DNA of 34,914 nt from NCBI GenBank assembly GCA_010093745.1, contig MU006013.1, positions 62,001-96,914 on the forward strand. The letters are read 5' to 3'. Origin of the DNA: Piedraia hortae CBS 480.64 (Eukaryota). The position numbers and the translations under genes are program-made. Positions 1-11,012 of this stretch are shown here, piece after piece. The notes under the pieces were generated by a model, which was not told the origin of the DNA, did not search any database, and saw only the letters and a program-made list of their open reading frames with translations. How positions within the stretch are numbered: the first letter of the stretch is position 1; every line of letters starts with the position of its first letter.

Positions 1-1
1 A

Positions 2-487
2 ACAACACACACGTTACGCGGACCCGGCATGGCGGAGCGAGCCGGACTGGCGCCGGTGATTCCTTCATTGTTCCGTCACTCAGACCGCAGTCGCGAGACT
101 ATCAGCGGCCAAGGTTCGGAGCGCGGCTTTACGCGCGTCTCCGGGCGCAAGCTACCGTCCAATTTCAGCCCAGGCATGAGCCGGGATGGAGCCCTGTCGA
201 TACCCGAGCGAAACCTGTCCAGCGCGTCGTTCTACCGCGATAGCACGGGCTTCTATGGCGGAGATGGATCCCTGTCGCCCATAACGCCGACCATGGACGG
301 GTCTATCGTTGGTGCAAGCGAGGGCATCGCGCTGTCTCCGGGCCCGCAGCGGCGGCCAACGGTGCACGCCGGTGGGCCTTATACCACCATGAACGTGGCA
401 TCGCCACAGTCGTCCCATTTTGAGCGCAGCGAGACGCCGGTATCGCTGGAACCGAACCGGGGCAGTCGGTTTACCGAAGAGGTGTGA
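2..487 (+). CDS. 3' end of a gene entering from the left edge; Ser/Pro/Arg-rich C-terminal tail, function unknown
   Basis: The frame of ORF 29..487 is also open from position 2. GC-rich coding-like composition ends at ...GSRFTEEV followed by TGA TAA, then AT-richer sequence. Confidence 0.7.
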   Translation, partial: TTHTLRGPGMAERAGLAPVIPSLFRHSDRSRETISGQGSERGFTRVSGRKLPSNFSPGMSRDGALSIPERNLSSASFYRDSTGFYGGDGSLSPITPTMDGSIVGASEGIALSPGPQRRPTVHAGGPYTTMNVASPQSSHFERSETPVSLEPNRGSRFTEEV

Positions 488-1405
488 TAATGTAGATTGT
501 ATATTCGCATGATGCCTTTGCCGCGTTTACACTGGCTATGAAAGTACTTAATACATAATGCGGTGGAACCGTATTCGTTGACACAGACGGCGGTGGAACT
601 TATACATGGTGGAGGGAAGTTGAACCTGGGAAAGCAAATCAGTTTCACAAATTTTCTGCAGCAGTTGCAATTTTGTCAACTGAATCGATTATCCTCTCTC
701 AAGCAGACACCTTGTCACACATTATCGTTATCAGCACTTGGTTATAGCAGGGTGGCCGTTCATGCTGACTCATCAGGAGGAGCGTAGAATTCCATGCCTT
801 CATTCATCATCTTCTCCACTACGGTAGGATTGATGATGTCCTTCCGAAACTGCTCCTGTTGAAGCAGCTCCAGAATCCTGATGGTGGGACCCGGATACCT
901 GCTGTTACTCAGCGTTGAAAGATGGTGGAAGTTTCATACATACGCTAGATAGCGAATATACTCTGGTCGCCGAAAGTAGCAAAGGTATTTCACGTATTCC
1001 ACAAATTCTGGCGCGTCAAGGATTTTCATGGTGGATAGCCATTGAATGTAAAGAGGGTTGGAGAGTGATTGAACGAACTGGTGATTTTCGTTGGTTTTGT
1101 AGGGCAGCAGTGATGGAGACATACCTCTAGTTCGACCTCAAAACGGCTAGGTTCATCGTTGGCCATGCCAGTGTTTGACGAGAGCTTGCTAGCCCAATGG
1201 ACTGGTGTAATGGCAACTGTGCGCGCGTGGCCCAGTGCAGACCCTAGGGTACGGCTTACTAAGCCATACCAGCTGGTCCCTGCGGGGTGGGGAGTGGAAA
1301 GGGAGATGCCGGTGCCCTTGCAAAACATCAACAACGCAGCTGAATTGACGTGCATTTGATAGTCTGAAACGCTTTACATAGTCGGCACCGCCGATTGCAA
1401 CCGCC

Positions 1406-2881
1406 ATGGCCAGCACCACGGTGAATGAAGGCCTTATGCTGGCAGCCAATGGCAAGTTTTCCCTTCCGGCGTCACACCCTCTGCCGTCTCTAACACGCCG
1501 GCCAGAACGCCAGTCGTCGCCGCGGCCCTTTGCCTCCAACAACCCCTTTCGTAACCGGGGCCCGTCGCCAGCCAATCTCTCACCCGCCTTTCTCCCACCC
1601 AAGCCCGCCAACACCAACCCGTTCCTCGACGATAGCGAGCTCGACAAGCCCCGGTCAGGCAGCGCCGTGTTGACTGAAGGCATGGTATGTGTTTACTTCG
1701 TGCGTGCGCCGTGCCTCTGACCGTCGCCCGCAGAGAGACATGTCGCTACTGGATGGTCCTGCTACCGACCAGCCGAGCCGCAAACCCGTCCCCAACCGAC
1801 CGCGTGGAGCTTCAGAGTCTTCTGTCTTCGATGAACGTGAGCGACGTGAGCGACGCGAGCGAGAGCATGACCGCGAGCGCCAACGCACTGGTCGCCCCCA
1901 TCGCAGCGAGTCGGAAGAGCGTCGGCGTCAGCGACGCAAAGAACGCGAGCGTGAGCGCGATCGTGACGGACGCGACAAGAAAGACTCGCGACGCAAGGAC
2001 CGGCCGATGGGGAAGCCACCGGGGCTAGACATAATCGACAAGCTGGACGTCACGGGAGTTTACGGTCAAGGACGTAAGATTTCCTCCCCACAGTGACGTC
2101 TGTGAGTACGGGGCTAACTCGTACAGTGTTCCACCACGATGGTCCATTTGACGCTTGTAATCCGCACCGCAATAAGCCAAAGTCTCGGCGGCCAGCGCCA
2201 ATGGAGGCCTTCCCTGCGGACAGCGCCAACATGGCTTTGGGCGGCTCGGGGCCTCTACGGAACAAACTGGACCTGGACAGGTTTCACGGGCGCGGCGAGG
2301 AGGGATTCTCTGAATTCTCGGGTACACGCAAGGCTAGCACGTCGATTGTGAACCCTACAGATCGGACCGAACAGGTGCACGGGGACGAGAGCTATGGCCT
2401 GGGCACATCGACATTCCTCGAAGGTGCGCCTGCGACCAGGAGTGCGCTGCAACGACGAGAGAGCGAGGATCAATCAATGGATGGCGGCGGTCTGTCCCGC
2501 AAGAAGAGTCTTGCCCAGCGGTTCCGCGGCATGTCCAACTCTCGCCGCGGTGAATTGCGCAGTCCCGATGAGGCGCCCGTCATACGTGCCATGTCAGCCG
2601 GCGGCCCCGTGCAGGCTCGTTACAATAAGGAGAACGAGGTCAATCCGTTCGACACGGAATACGACGCCGCCTTTGCGCGCAAGGGTCAGCAGATTCGAAT
2701 TGCCGAGCAGGACCGGCCAGTGCGGACCGGTACGCCCGGCTCGCCCAACGGACCTTCCCGCAGCCGCACGGTTGACTATGCTGTGCGCTCGTCGGGCGAG
2801 GAAGAACGCCCCCAGGGCAGTGGCTTGTTAAGTAGAATGCGGTCGATGCGTGGCGGACGGAGGGCACGGCGGGAAACGTGA
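1406..2881 (+). CDS. pal1: Pal1-family cell morphology protein; exons 1406-1684, 1734-2073, 2127-2881
   Basis: Intron 1685-1733 reads GTATGT...CTGAC...CAG and intron 2074-2126 reads GTAAGA...GCTAAC...CAG. Splicing joins three ORFs in frame and rebuilds the Pal1 signature LDIIDKLDVTGVYGQGLFHHDGPFDACNPHRN, followed by HGDESYGLGTSTFLEGAPA. Several NPF motifs are present. Confidence 0.9.
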
Positions 2882-3062
2882 ATTTGCAATCTGAGGTTTT
2901 TTGTCTACCGGAGTTATGGGCCTGGGGCTGCAGTCGTCGTCTTTGACGTGAATAAAACTGTTTGGCTTCGGTGATGTCATCTTCCCCACCCCCACACTAT
3001 CACATGTCTTTACCCTTTTCAGCCAACGACCCTCTCCCATCCGCTCCCTTTGCCATTGACAA

Positions 3063-3566
3063 ATGGCCAGCCCAGGTGAGCTGCTCATCGAATCGTGCCG
3101 GCGCAACAACGTTGATCTACTGCAAGACGAAGTGTTTTCGCGCGAAACCTCGCTCTACTCGGCGCCGCAAAATCACTTGGCCATTGCGAAGCTCATCAAC
3201 TCCACCCGCACGCCTCTGGGCGAAAGTGCCCTCCACATGGCCGCCAAGCACGGCAGCTACGACGTTTTAGATGTCCTCCTCGACCAGGAAGGGGTTGAAA
3301 TCGATCACCCCGAACCTCGCAACGGGGAGACGCCTCTACATTTTGCCGTTAGGTACACGGTAGAGGGAGGACCTCAGGCTGTTGTGGACTTGTTGCTTGA
3401 TGCAGGGTGTGATCCTCGCATCAGGGACAAACATGGGAGGAAACCGGTGGAGTTGGTCGGGAAAGATAACAGCACTCTAAGGGACGCGTTGCTTAAAGCT
3501 GAGGTGATGGCCGAGGCGGAGAGGGGAGGTGGGGATACCGTTGTTGATGATGAGGATGGGGAGTAG
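3063..3566 (+). CDS. Small ankyrin-repeat protein (167 aa)
   Basis: Ankyrin motifs LGESALHMAAKHGSYDVLDVLL and GETPLHFAVR...VVDLLLDAGCDPRIRDKHGRKP; acidic C-terminal tail. Confidence 0.9.
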   Translation: MASPGELLIESCRRNNVDLLQDEVFSRETSLYSAPQNHLAIAKLINSTRTPLGESALHMAAKHGSYDVLDVLLDQEGVEIDHPEPRNGETPLHFAVRYTVEGGPQAVVDLLLDAGCDPRIRDKHGRKPVELVGKDNSTLRDALLKAEVMAEAERGGGDTVVDDEDGE

Positions 3567-6500
3567 GGTGGCGGGTGTTGGGTGTTGGCTTGGGTGGGTT
3601 CATCACATAGACTATGAATGATTTCTTTTACAGTGTGGATGGGGAGTAGGAGTGCTGAATCATTGCGGATATGATACTAGCCATTTATCGGCTTCAAGGC
3701 TCCTCTTAGATGCTTGGTCAAGTATACCTTGGCGCCAGTATGCCTATCAACTTTGTCTGTCAACCTACCATGACATCATGTTCGCAACTGGTCAGATCTT
3801 TCAATTTTTTTCCCGGCCCATAGAATCTGCTTAATGATAACGGTTTGAGGAACCATCCATGTATTATAGAACAAAAATCGGGTACCAGTGGTTGGACCCA
3901 AATTTAGTACGCGCCGTGTATGCAGATCCTGCAGCTGCACGTGACCATTGAATCTTTGGATATATACTCGTCATGTTCCTTTGCTTAGGCCAGATAGTTT
4001 GACGAGTTCACAAGAAGCCAGCTTTCGACTCATCTTCCAGTTTTTTAATTCTAGAAACAGCAAACTCGCGCGGTGGTCCCCCCTGTAAAGCTTATAGAAG
4101 CAGGAAGCGGCCCGTCGACCCGATGTGGTTACATACATAGTCTAGGATGTATGTTTGCTGCAAAGTTGGTGGGTGCTGGCACTCCTAACCTGCACTGGCC
4201 CGATCCATTTGGCACGTCACTCGACATTATTCAACAGGTTTCCATGCCCGTACCACTTGCTCTTGCTGAACAGGATGTCAAGCAGGCATTGGACGAGATC
4301 ATGAAGACAAGTTTCCCGCGTTTTTCGAGTTTGACGCCCCGATATCACCGAGTTTCAGTGCGTTGGCGGCAGCGGGTGTTCGCCGGTAGTCCCTAGTCGC
4401 CCCTAGTCGCCCCAGGGGCAATGGAAAAGTAGAGAAGGCAAAAGGAGTTGTGGAGGCAAAACTGAACAGCAGCACAGTACTTCTTGGCACCAGGGCAGCC
4501 AAGCAGCGACCTGGATGGCGACGACGATGATGTCAAGTCGGCACGGCAGAAATCCCTGGTCGTCATCAAGAATATGAAGCACGAAACCTTGTAGGGTCTG
4601 AATTGCCATGTCGCCTAGACCGTGAAAGGATTTCCGGAACTGGTCTCCATGGAACTTGAGCCCATTGCTGTGAGACAGTTTTTCATCAACAACGTCTGGT
4701 CAATCCGGGACTTCTCCGTCATTGGTACTGGATGAAGAAGCTCACCAACCTGGAGAAAAGCACCCAGCTGGCGAATTTCTTCTGCCAGCAGCGTTGTGGC
4801 GCCCTATGTAACGCCATTTTGCAAATCCAGAGAGATGAGTGGTCCCGCCGGCGTTCAACAAGGTGACATAGGACCAATGTTTTCGGGACGGCACACACAC
4901 ACACTGGGAGATCGCACGACGAATTCCAGGCCGGTCCCGAATGAGCTTGCAATGTTTGGAGACGATAAGAGCTTCCAAGTCCGGCGCGTTAGGAGGAGTA
5001 GACATGGTCAGATGAGCAAGGGAAAGCTGATAATTGTTTGTGTCAGTCCGCATGTCTCAGACCGCGAGTCAGGGTCCTTTTCCATTGTCTCATAATCAGC
5101 AATGGTGCATATGTTTATAATCCAGCTGCTGCGCTGATCGTTTCCTTTGCATTTTCCCTTTATCACTTTTTGGTCCGTGTAAGCTGGAGAGTCAAGGTCC
5201 GTGAGGTGGTCCAGCGATGTGATTCTGTATTCATGTTCAAGAGACTGCCCAGTTAGGAAGACTTGTGCATGAGTCGACGCCACTTATACAGCTTTGTGCC
5301 GATACGAAGAGACCACATATCGAGGTTTGAATCAAGGTGGATCCTCTATGACTTGTCCTTAGCGAAATTATAAGGCCAGAGTTTTGATTTACGGCCTAGG
5401 GAAAGAGTGATGCTGGGATTCGGCGGTTGTTCACTATAACTCTCCACTGCCAAGCTGTCGAGGAGATAACCTTTGAAGAATGAAGACCAGTGAGGGGAAC
5501 AGGGGTGTGATATATCTCAGCCTACCCCGGCCATATCAATGTCACGACCAGCTGGTTAATTGGCCAGATGAAAATCCCCATCGCTCCTCCTGGCCCCACC
5601 CCACTCAGGAGGAATTGAGCACGTAAGTACATTCGTGGATTTCCAACTGTGATGCCTACACTCCGTCTGACTACACAGCCATCCGGGATGTATGACGCAT
5701 GCAGGTCCAAGACCCCTTAATTGTGCGGGTCAGCATCATCTCCTTCACCATGAGCGCAGCATTTCCCTTCGACTATACAAGCTTCGCCGTTGCGGAAGCT
5801 GGCATCGTCCCACCTTCGAGCGAACAGCTAAAGCAGCTCTGCTCCAATTCATCAAGTGGACGCCACCAAAAGCTCGCTACTAAGATGCCAACCCGCCCAA
5901 TTTCAACCTTGGGTCAATCATACTGTTCTGCGTGGTTAGCGCCGTCATCATCGCCAACCTTCCATACGGCGGCTCCATTGCTCCCACTTGTGGTGATACT
6001 TTGGGACTGCTCTTTCTCTGCCTTCCACACGAGAAAGACTGCCAGCGCCCAATCATGCTTCCCATGAGGTCCTCTGGAGGAATACGACAATATACCTGAC
6101 CGAAAGCCAGAGTCTGCCAAGCATTCAAGCCCTCCGACTTTTCACCGGCTTCACGGTTCTGGCAGTGCTGTCTGGAGCAACGTGCCTCATATCTGGGAAG
6201 GATGCATGGGAACATACAAGCCCTCACCATAGGCGTGCGGTCAGGCTCGATATATCCACCGACGACACTTCTCCTGGCAAGACAGACGCAATTCCTCGTG
6301 TTGCTTCTTGCGTGGGCTTTGTTTAATACCCCACCACCTCCATCGGTCTTCCTTGTGCGTCTTGGAGATACTGCGCCTACACGAGAAGGCACCCGACCGC
6401 CAGTCTCCTCCGAAGGCAAAACGATACTTTCGACGAGCGACAAAAAGTCTCCGCTCTGCGACCCAGAAAGCGAGAAGTGGATGCCAAGATTCGAACCGCC

Positions 6501-8592
6501 AGCTGTTTGAGTACCTACATATACTTTTTCACCCGAACAGCAAAACGTCACACCTACATCGCGCACATCAACGCAGTACGCCGTCAAGGTTATAGATGCG
6601 CAAAGTAGCAAACTTCACTTGGCCATGTTCAACGTGCTTCGATCTACTTTTCTCTGATCGGCATGTTTCGGGAACGCCATGAGGTGGAAGGTCTGGAAAT
6701 TCTTGCTCACCAATTTTGCTGATGTTCTGCCACCTTTCTGCCTGGCCTCGCTCGCGTGGCGATCCGTTCGGGATCGTTATTACTCCTCCTCACCTCTGAA
6801 CATTCGATTTCTTTGACCCTTTGGCTTGAATTTTATTGACGAAGTCGGGAATAAGGTTTTCGGTAACGGTCATTACCATAGCTGCATAGTGGCATTGTTC
6901 GAGTTCTGGGGTATCGATATCCACCGAATGGGATGTATCGATGGCCAAGGGGCATTTCCGACGCCTGGAGGCCGTTGCTGTCGCTCTGGCTCATGGGCCG
7001 TATGAGAGTCGGTGCGCGGGCTATTGCGGAGAGACGAGGTGAGGAGAAGCACTGGGAAGATGGATAGGGATAGTGGGATAATGGTTATATAGCTCAAAAT
7101 TTGGTCTACAAGTCTTTACCCATTGCGTGCGCTATTCCACTTGTATATAGATTGATACCATTTGATCGGCCTTTCAAACTCTACACTTGTTATACCCCTC
7201 AGAGGAACTCATGAAATCAGACCAAGGTTATTGATTTTTATCATATACAGCTACAGAGGAGTTTGCTACGAGCTCAGGGAGATGTTCGCCCCTTCCAGTC
7301 TGCATCGGTCCGATTCACTTGGGAAGTCACTTCAACAGAATTTGTTGCCAAACTTAGAAAATTTGTCTTGGACTGTACACGGAGCACTTGCGCAGTACAG
7401 TGTCATAACGATGTCAGTCGTCTAATGTCCGCCACAATTCAAGTCGCACAGTTCAGCTTCTCTAGCTTGGGGGTTTTAACCAGCCAGACTTGATTGCCCG
7501 GGAGGGAGCACGTTGGCATGCAGTGTGTGGCTAGGTAGTCCACCAATTTCCCCACTGATTGCACTCCAGTCGGGCATGATTTTTGCGTGGCAGAGTATGT
7601 TCCCCAAGTCCGAAGACAATAGCACAAAGGCCCGTCTTGGAGAACGCGCTCTTGGCCAGCCTTTCCGTGCGATATTTGCATGGCTTCGGGACGAAGTAGT
7701 TTTGAAGCGGATGCATGTTGTTCAGGCTGCTTGATTTTGGCACTCATGGAGCGTCTCTGGTTTTTTCACCCCAAGGGCCTTGCACGATAAGCTGAAAGCA
7801 GATACGGGCTCTTGTCGCGCAACCCACAAGTTGGTTAACAAGGCTCCGCTTGGAAATTGCATTCCTGACATCTTCAGCTACTTGCCGGTTTGAGGTCGAC
7901 GCGTAGGTACAGGAAGTCGTATTGCCCAAAGGACATCTCTTCGAGGGTGGACTTCGGTCTGCGGTACGTGGGACTTGGAGGGATTTTGCGTTGCATGATG
8001 GTCTGCTGAACAGCCTGTTCCAGTTTCTTGGCATGAGCATTGTTGTGGCTAGTTCATGAAAGTGCATGGACTCGTCTTGGCTCAATATCCAGTCAAATCT
8101 GGATATCGCAGACACGATTGCCCTACGTGTCAGATTGGCATTTCTTTGATGAGCAGAAATTCAGGATGGGACTGTGTGTTGAAGTTCAAGCTCTCTCTGA
8201 CAATGAGATTTCCAAAGCATTCTCTACAGTTTAAGCGGTCCTTGACGTACGTAGAAAAGTGGGGATTGACTCTGGCCCAGGCTGGAAGTTGGGTATAATG
8301 CTTCTTGAGATCGTTGAGATCCTTTGAAATAGTGGCAAATCCTTTAGTGGCTTTCATGAACCATTGTTACCAGGAGTATGCTTGACCTTGAAGAACCTCT
8401 TTCATTCCTGCCAAGGGGTTGCAACACGACGCCAGTGGTTTTTCTGCGTAGGGAAATCATTGCTGCTAGTACATACTAGCGGCAATGATTTTCCTCAGAT
8501 TTCATTGGATATTACTATGTAGTAAGTGATATACAATGGAACCTGGCCTTGTTGAGATTTCCGAGGGCGCACTGCAGTCCCACGCTGGAAAG

Positions 8593-8931
8593 TCTTCCAC
8601 GACCTGCATCGACGGAAAGCTTTTGTCTTTGGCCACCTGGTGTTTGGCACGAGCGAAACCTGACTCACATAGCGTACCCGAATGGCACGTAAATCTATAC
8701 GAGTTGATGGTGCGTTTGCGCAGGGAAACCATTGTTGCAGACGGAGCATACAACGGAAATTGGCCCTATTTAGGTTTTCGATGGCTGAAGGCTTTCTGCC
8801 TGCTCATTGATGCCAGAAGATCCTCCACGGACGGCATGGACGGAGCGCTTGTCTTCGGCCATCTGGCGTTTGGCATAAGCGCAAACCGCCTTGACAGGTG
8901 GGCTCGAATGACACGTACATCGATACGAGTC
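8593..8931. repeat. Diverged direct repeat pair, ~8593-8705 and ~8821-8931
   Basis: DNA similarity is visible (ttgtctttggccacctggtgtttggcac vs ttgtcttcggccatctggcgtttggcat). Minus-strand translations align: TRIDLRAIRVRYVSQVSLVPNTRWPKT vs TRIDVRVIRAHLSRRFALMPNARWPKT. Confidence 0.8.
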
Positions 8932-8999
8932 TCTTCGTTTGCAAGGACAGGCCACGTATCGTCCAGGCCAATTCTTCTCCATTTCTTGGAGAGGTTGGA

Positions 9000-10560
9000 C
9001 TCCATTGCAATCCCTTGATTACCTTCTCGTGTGCGGGAAGATTGGCGTATGAATATCTTCCCAATCCACTATCCCCGCGTCTCGCTGCCATGGATGGGGA
9101 CAGCGAATACTGCATTGTTGTCGCTATCGAACCCGCCTTGCGGACGCAGCGTTGGAGACAGTTTACCGAGAACGGCATGCAAACCCTGCAAAGTCCTTAT
9201 CGAGTTTCATCGCCTGGGTGCAGGTAAAACTCCTCTACCACTCATCAAACTCATGCAGCATCATAGACCTCCACCCCTCCATCTACTCGCTGTTCAGGAC
9301 CGCCTCAGCGTTGTCGATCGTCGAAGCCCCCTACTCGCGGAAGAGCGGATTCAGCCTTTCGCCCTCCTCAGCGTTCAAACCGCAAGCTCAGTAGCGCAGC
9401 ACTGAAACGGACGCGGCTCATACGTAGGAGCCTTGTGTGGTGTTGTAGAAGAACAAGAAAGGCGGGAGGGAAAATACCCGACGCGTTGTGGTGACACGTG
9501 CCTTGTGTCAGGCATCATTTTTTTGAGTTTGTGCGCGCACGGGCCTCCGACGCGGATCCACAGCCCCACGTTAAGCATTGAAATCGTGAGCTTCGGCCAG
9601 GAGACGGTTTGTTGGATAGTCAGCTGGGGACGGGTTAACCCCATTTCGCCAATACCACCGCGAAGATGACTGATGCAGCTGTATAGACCTCTGCTTCTCC
9701 AACAGGTCGCTGTTCAAGATCGTCTCGGCGCTGTCGATCGCCAGAGTCCCCCGCTTCTCTAGCTGGTGGGAGAACGTATGGAAGCGAGTCATCAGGTCTT
9801 GGTGGCTGTCCTCAGATGATTTTGCAGCGTTGGTGATTGAGTTCCTTTTGGTACGATAGGGCGTGAGGAACAGACCGCCCGAGGGCTTGAAGGAGCCATA
9901 GCTCGCTACTCTATCTCTTATAGTAGGATATCGGATGCCTCTTTTGCAATAGTCGCGTCGCTGTATTCCGGTATCCTCATGATCATGCCTGGGCCGCGAG
10001 AAATTGTCCAGGCCACCGACCGCCCGAGATGTAAAACAGACATCGCTGGCAGCTAGATCTATCCCAGATTCATGCTCCACATCAGTAGTGTAGCGGATGT
10101 ATTTCTTGGAATAGCTATAAAATCCTGTTGTCGACTTGGTGGGTTGGTCGGGCAAACGTATATATATATTTCAACCCAAGTCGTTCACTCCATGATATGA
10201 ACGGCCTGGGCCCTTTGATTCCACAGGACGCACGACTCTTATGCCGCAGCGCAAGGATATAGTATCAGCCTCCGCACGAGACTATCGCCCAGCCTGGACC
10301 GACTCCCTTTTGTCACCTTTCGGTCCTTAGCACGGGAGGAGAAAAGCGTCCGCCCATCGCTGTAGCGGTAAGACGTGGAGTTCAGTACCGAACGCCGAAC
10401 CCATTCTTCCACATGGTGGATAGGACTCACGCGCAGAGAGTCTTGCATTATGTAGAAGAAGGAAAATCGGAGGACGCAAAAGAGCCTCGACCTGATGCAT
10501 TGTGGTGACACATGATATTTTGCGTCGTGAGTTTGGGTTTTGTGCGCACGGGCCGCCGAG
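9000..10560 (-). pseudogene. Two tandem decayed paralogous gene units of unknown family
   Basis: A coding-like block is shared between ~9251-9335 and ~9671-9755 (GASTIDNAEAVLNSE*MEGWRSMMLHE vs GTLAIDSAETILNSDLLEKQRSIQLHQ). An upstream block is shared between 9444-9550 and 10451-10560. Multiple in-frame stops. Confidence 0.6.
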
Positions 10561-11012
10561 GCAGTGTTACTTCGGGATGTCTCTAATGGAATAGGGTTTC
10601 ACGGGGGCTTGGCATTAAATTCAAGTCGACTTCGAGGAATAAAAGCACGATGCGGAGGGACGGGAGTGAATAACGTGCAATGCCATCATGCAGGGTCAGG
10701 ATATCGAGCGTGCGGTCGATACGAGGGGGATTTTCCAACAGTGTGGCCCGCATGGTGCATGACTCGTAGACTCATCACGCCAAGCCACGGTACCTCATCT
10801 CACTCTGACACACCAAAATCTAAGGTGCATCCGCACCCTCATTCAAACAGCCTTCAGCAACAACGGAGAAAGTTTGTCAAGGAAGCGAAGCATGCAGAAA
10901 CCATCGAATAGTTAAACTCTCATATCAACAGTCTATCCGCATTACCCATCATAACTCATATCCATCCATACCCACCCCTCCCGTCAATCCCCTCCTCCGC
11001 CTCCCCGAGGAA

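Noticed and set aside
563..1359. Short ORFs between the first gene and pal1
   Set aside because: No consistent splice model or recognisable family; possibly decayed coding DNA but unsupported.
1835..1970. GAGCGC/GAGCGT-like tandem repeats
   Set aside because: They encode the Arg/Glu-rich low-complexity part of Pal1; not a CRISPR array or satellite.
5880..6611. 243-aa minus-strand ORF
   Set aside because: Non-ATG start, no motif, and competing ORFs of similar quality on the other strand; cannot be supported as a gene.
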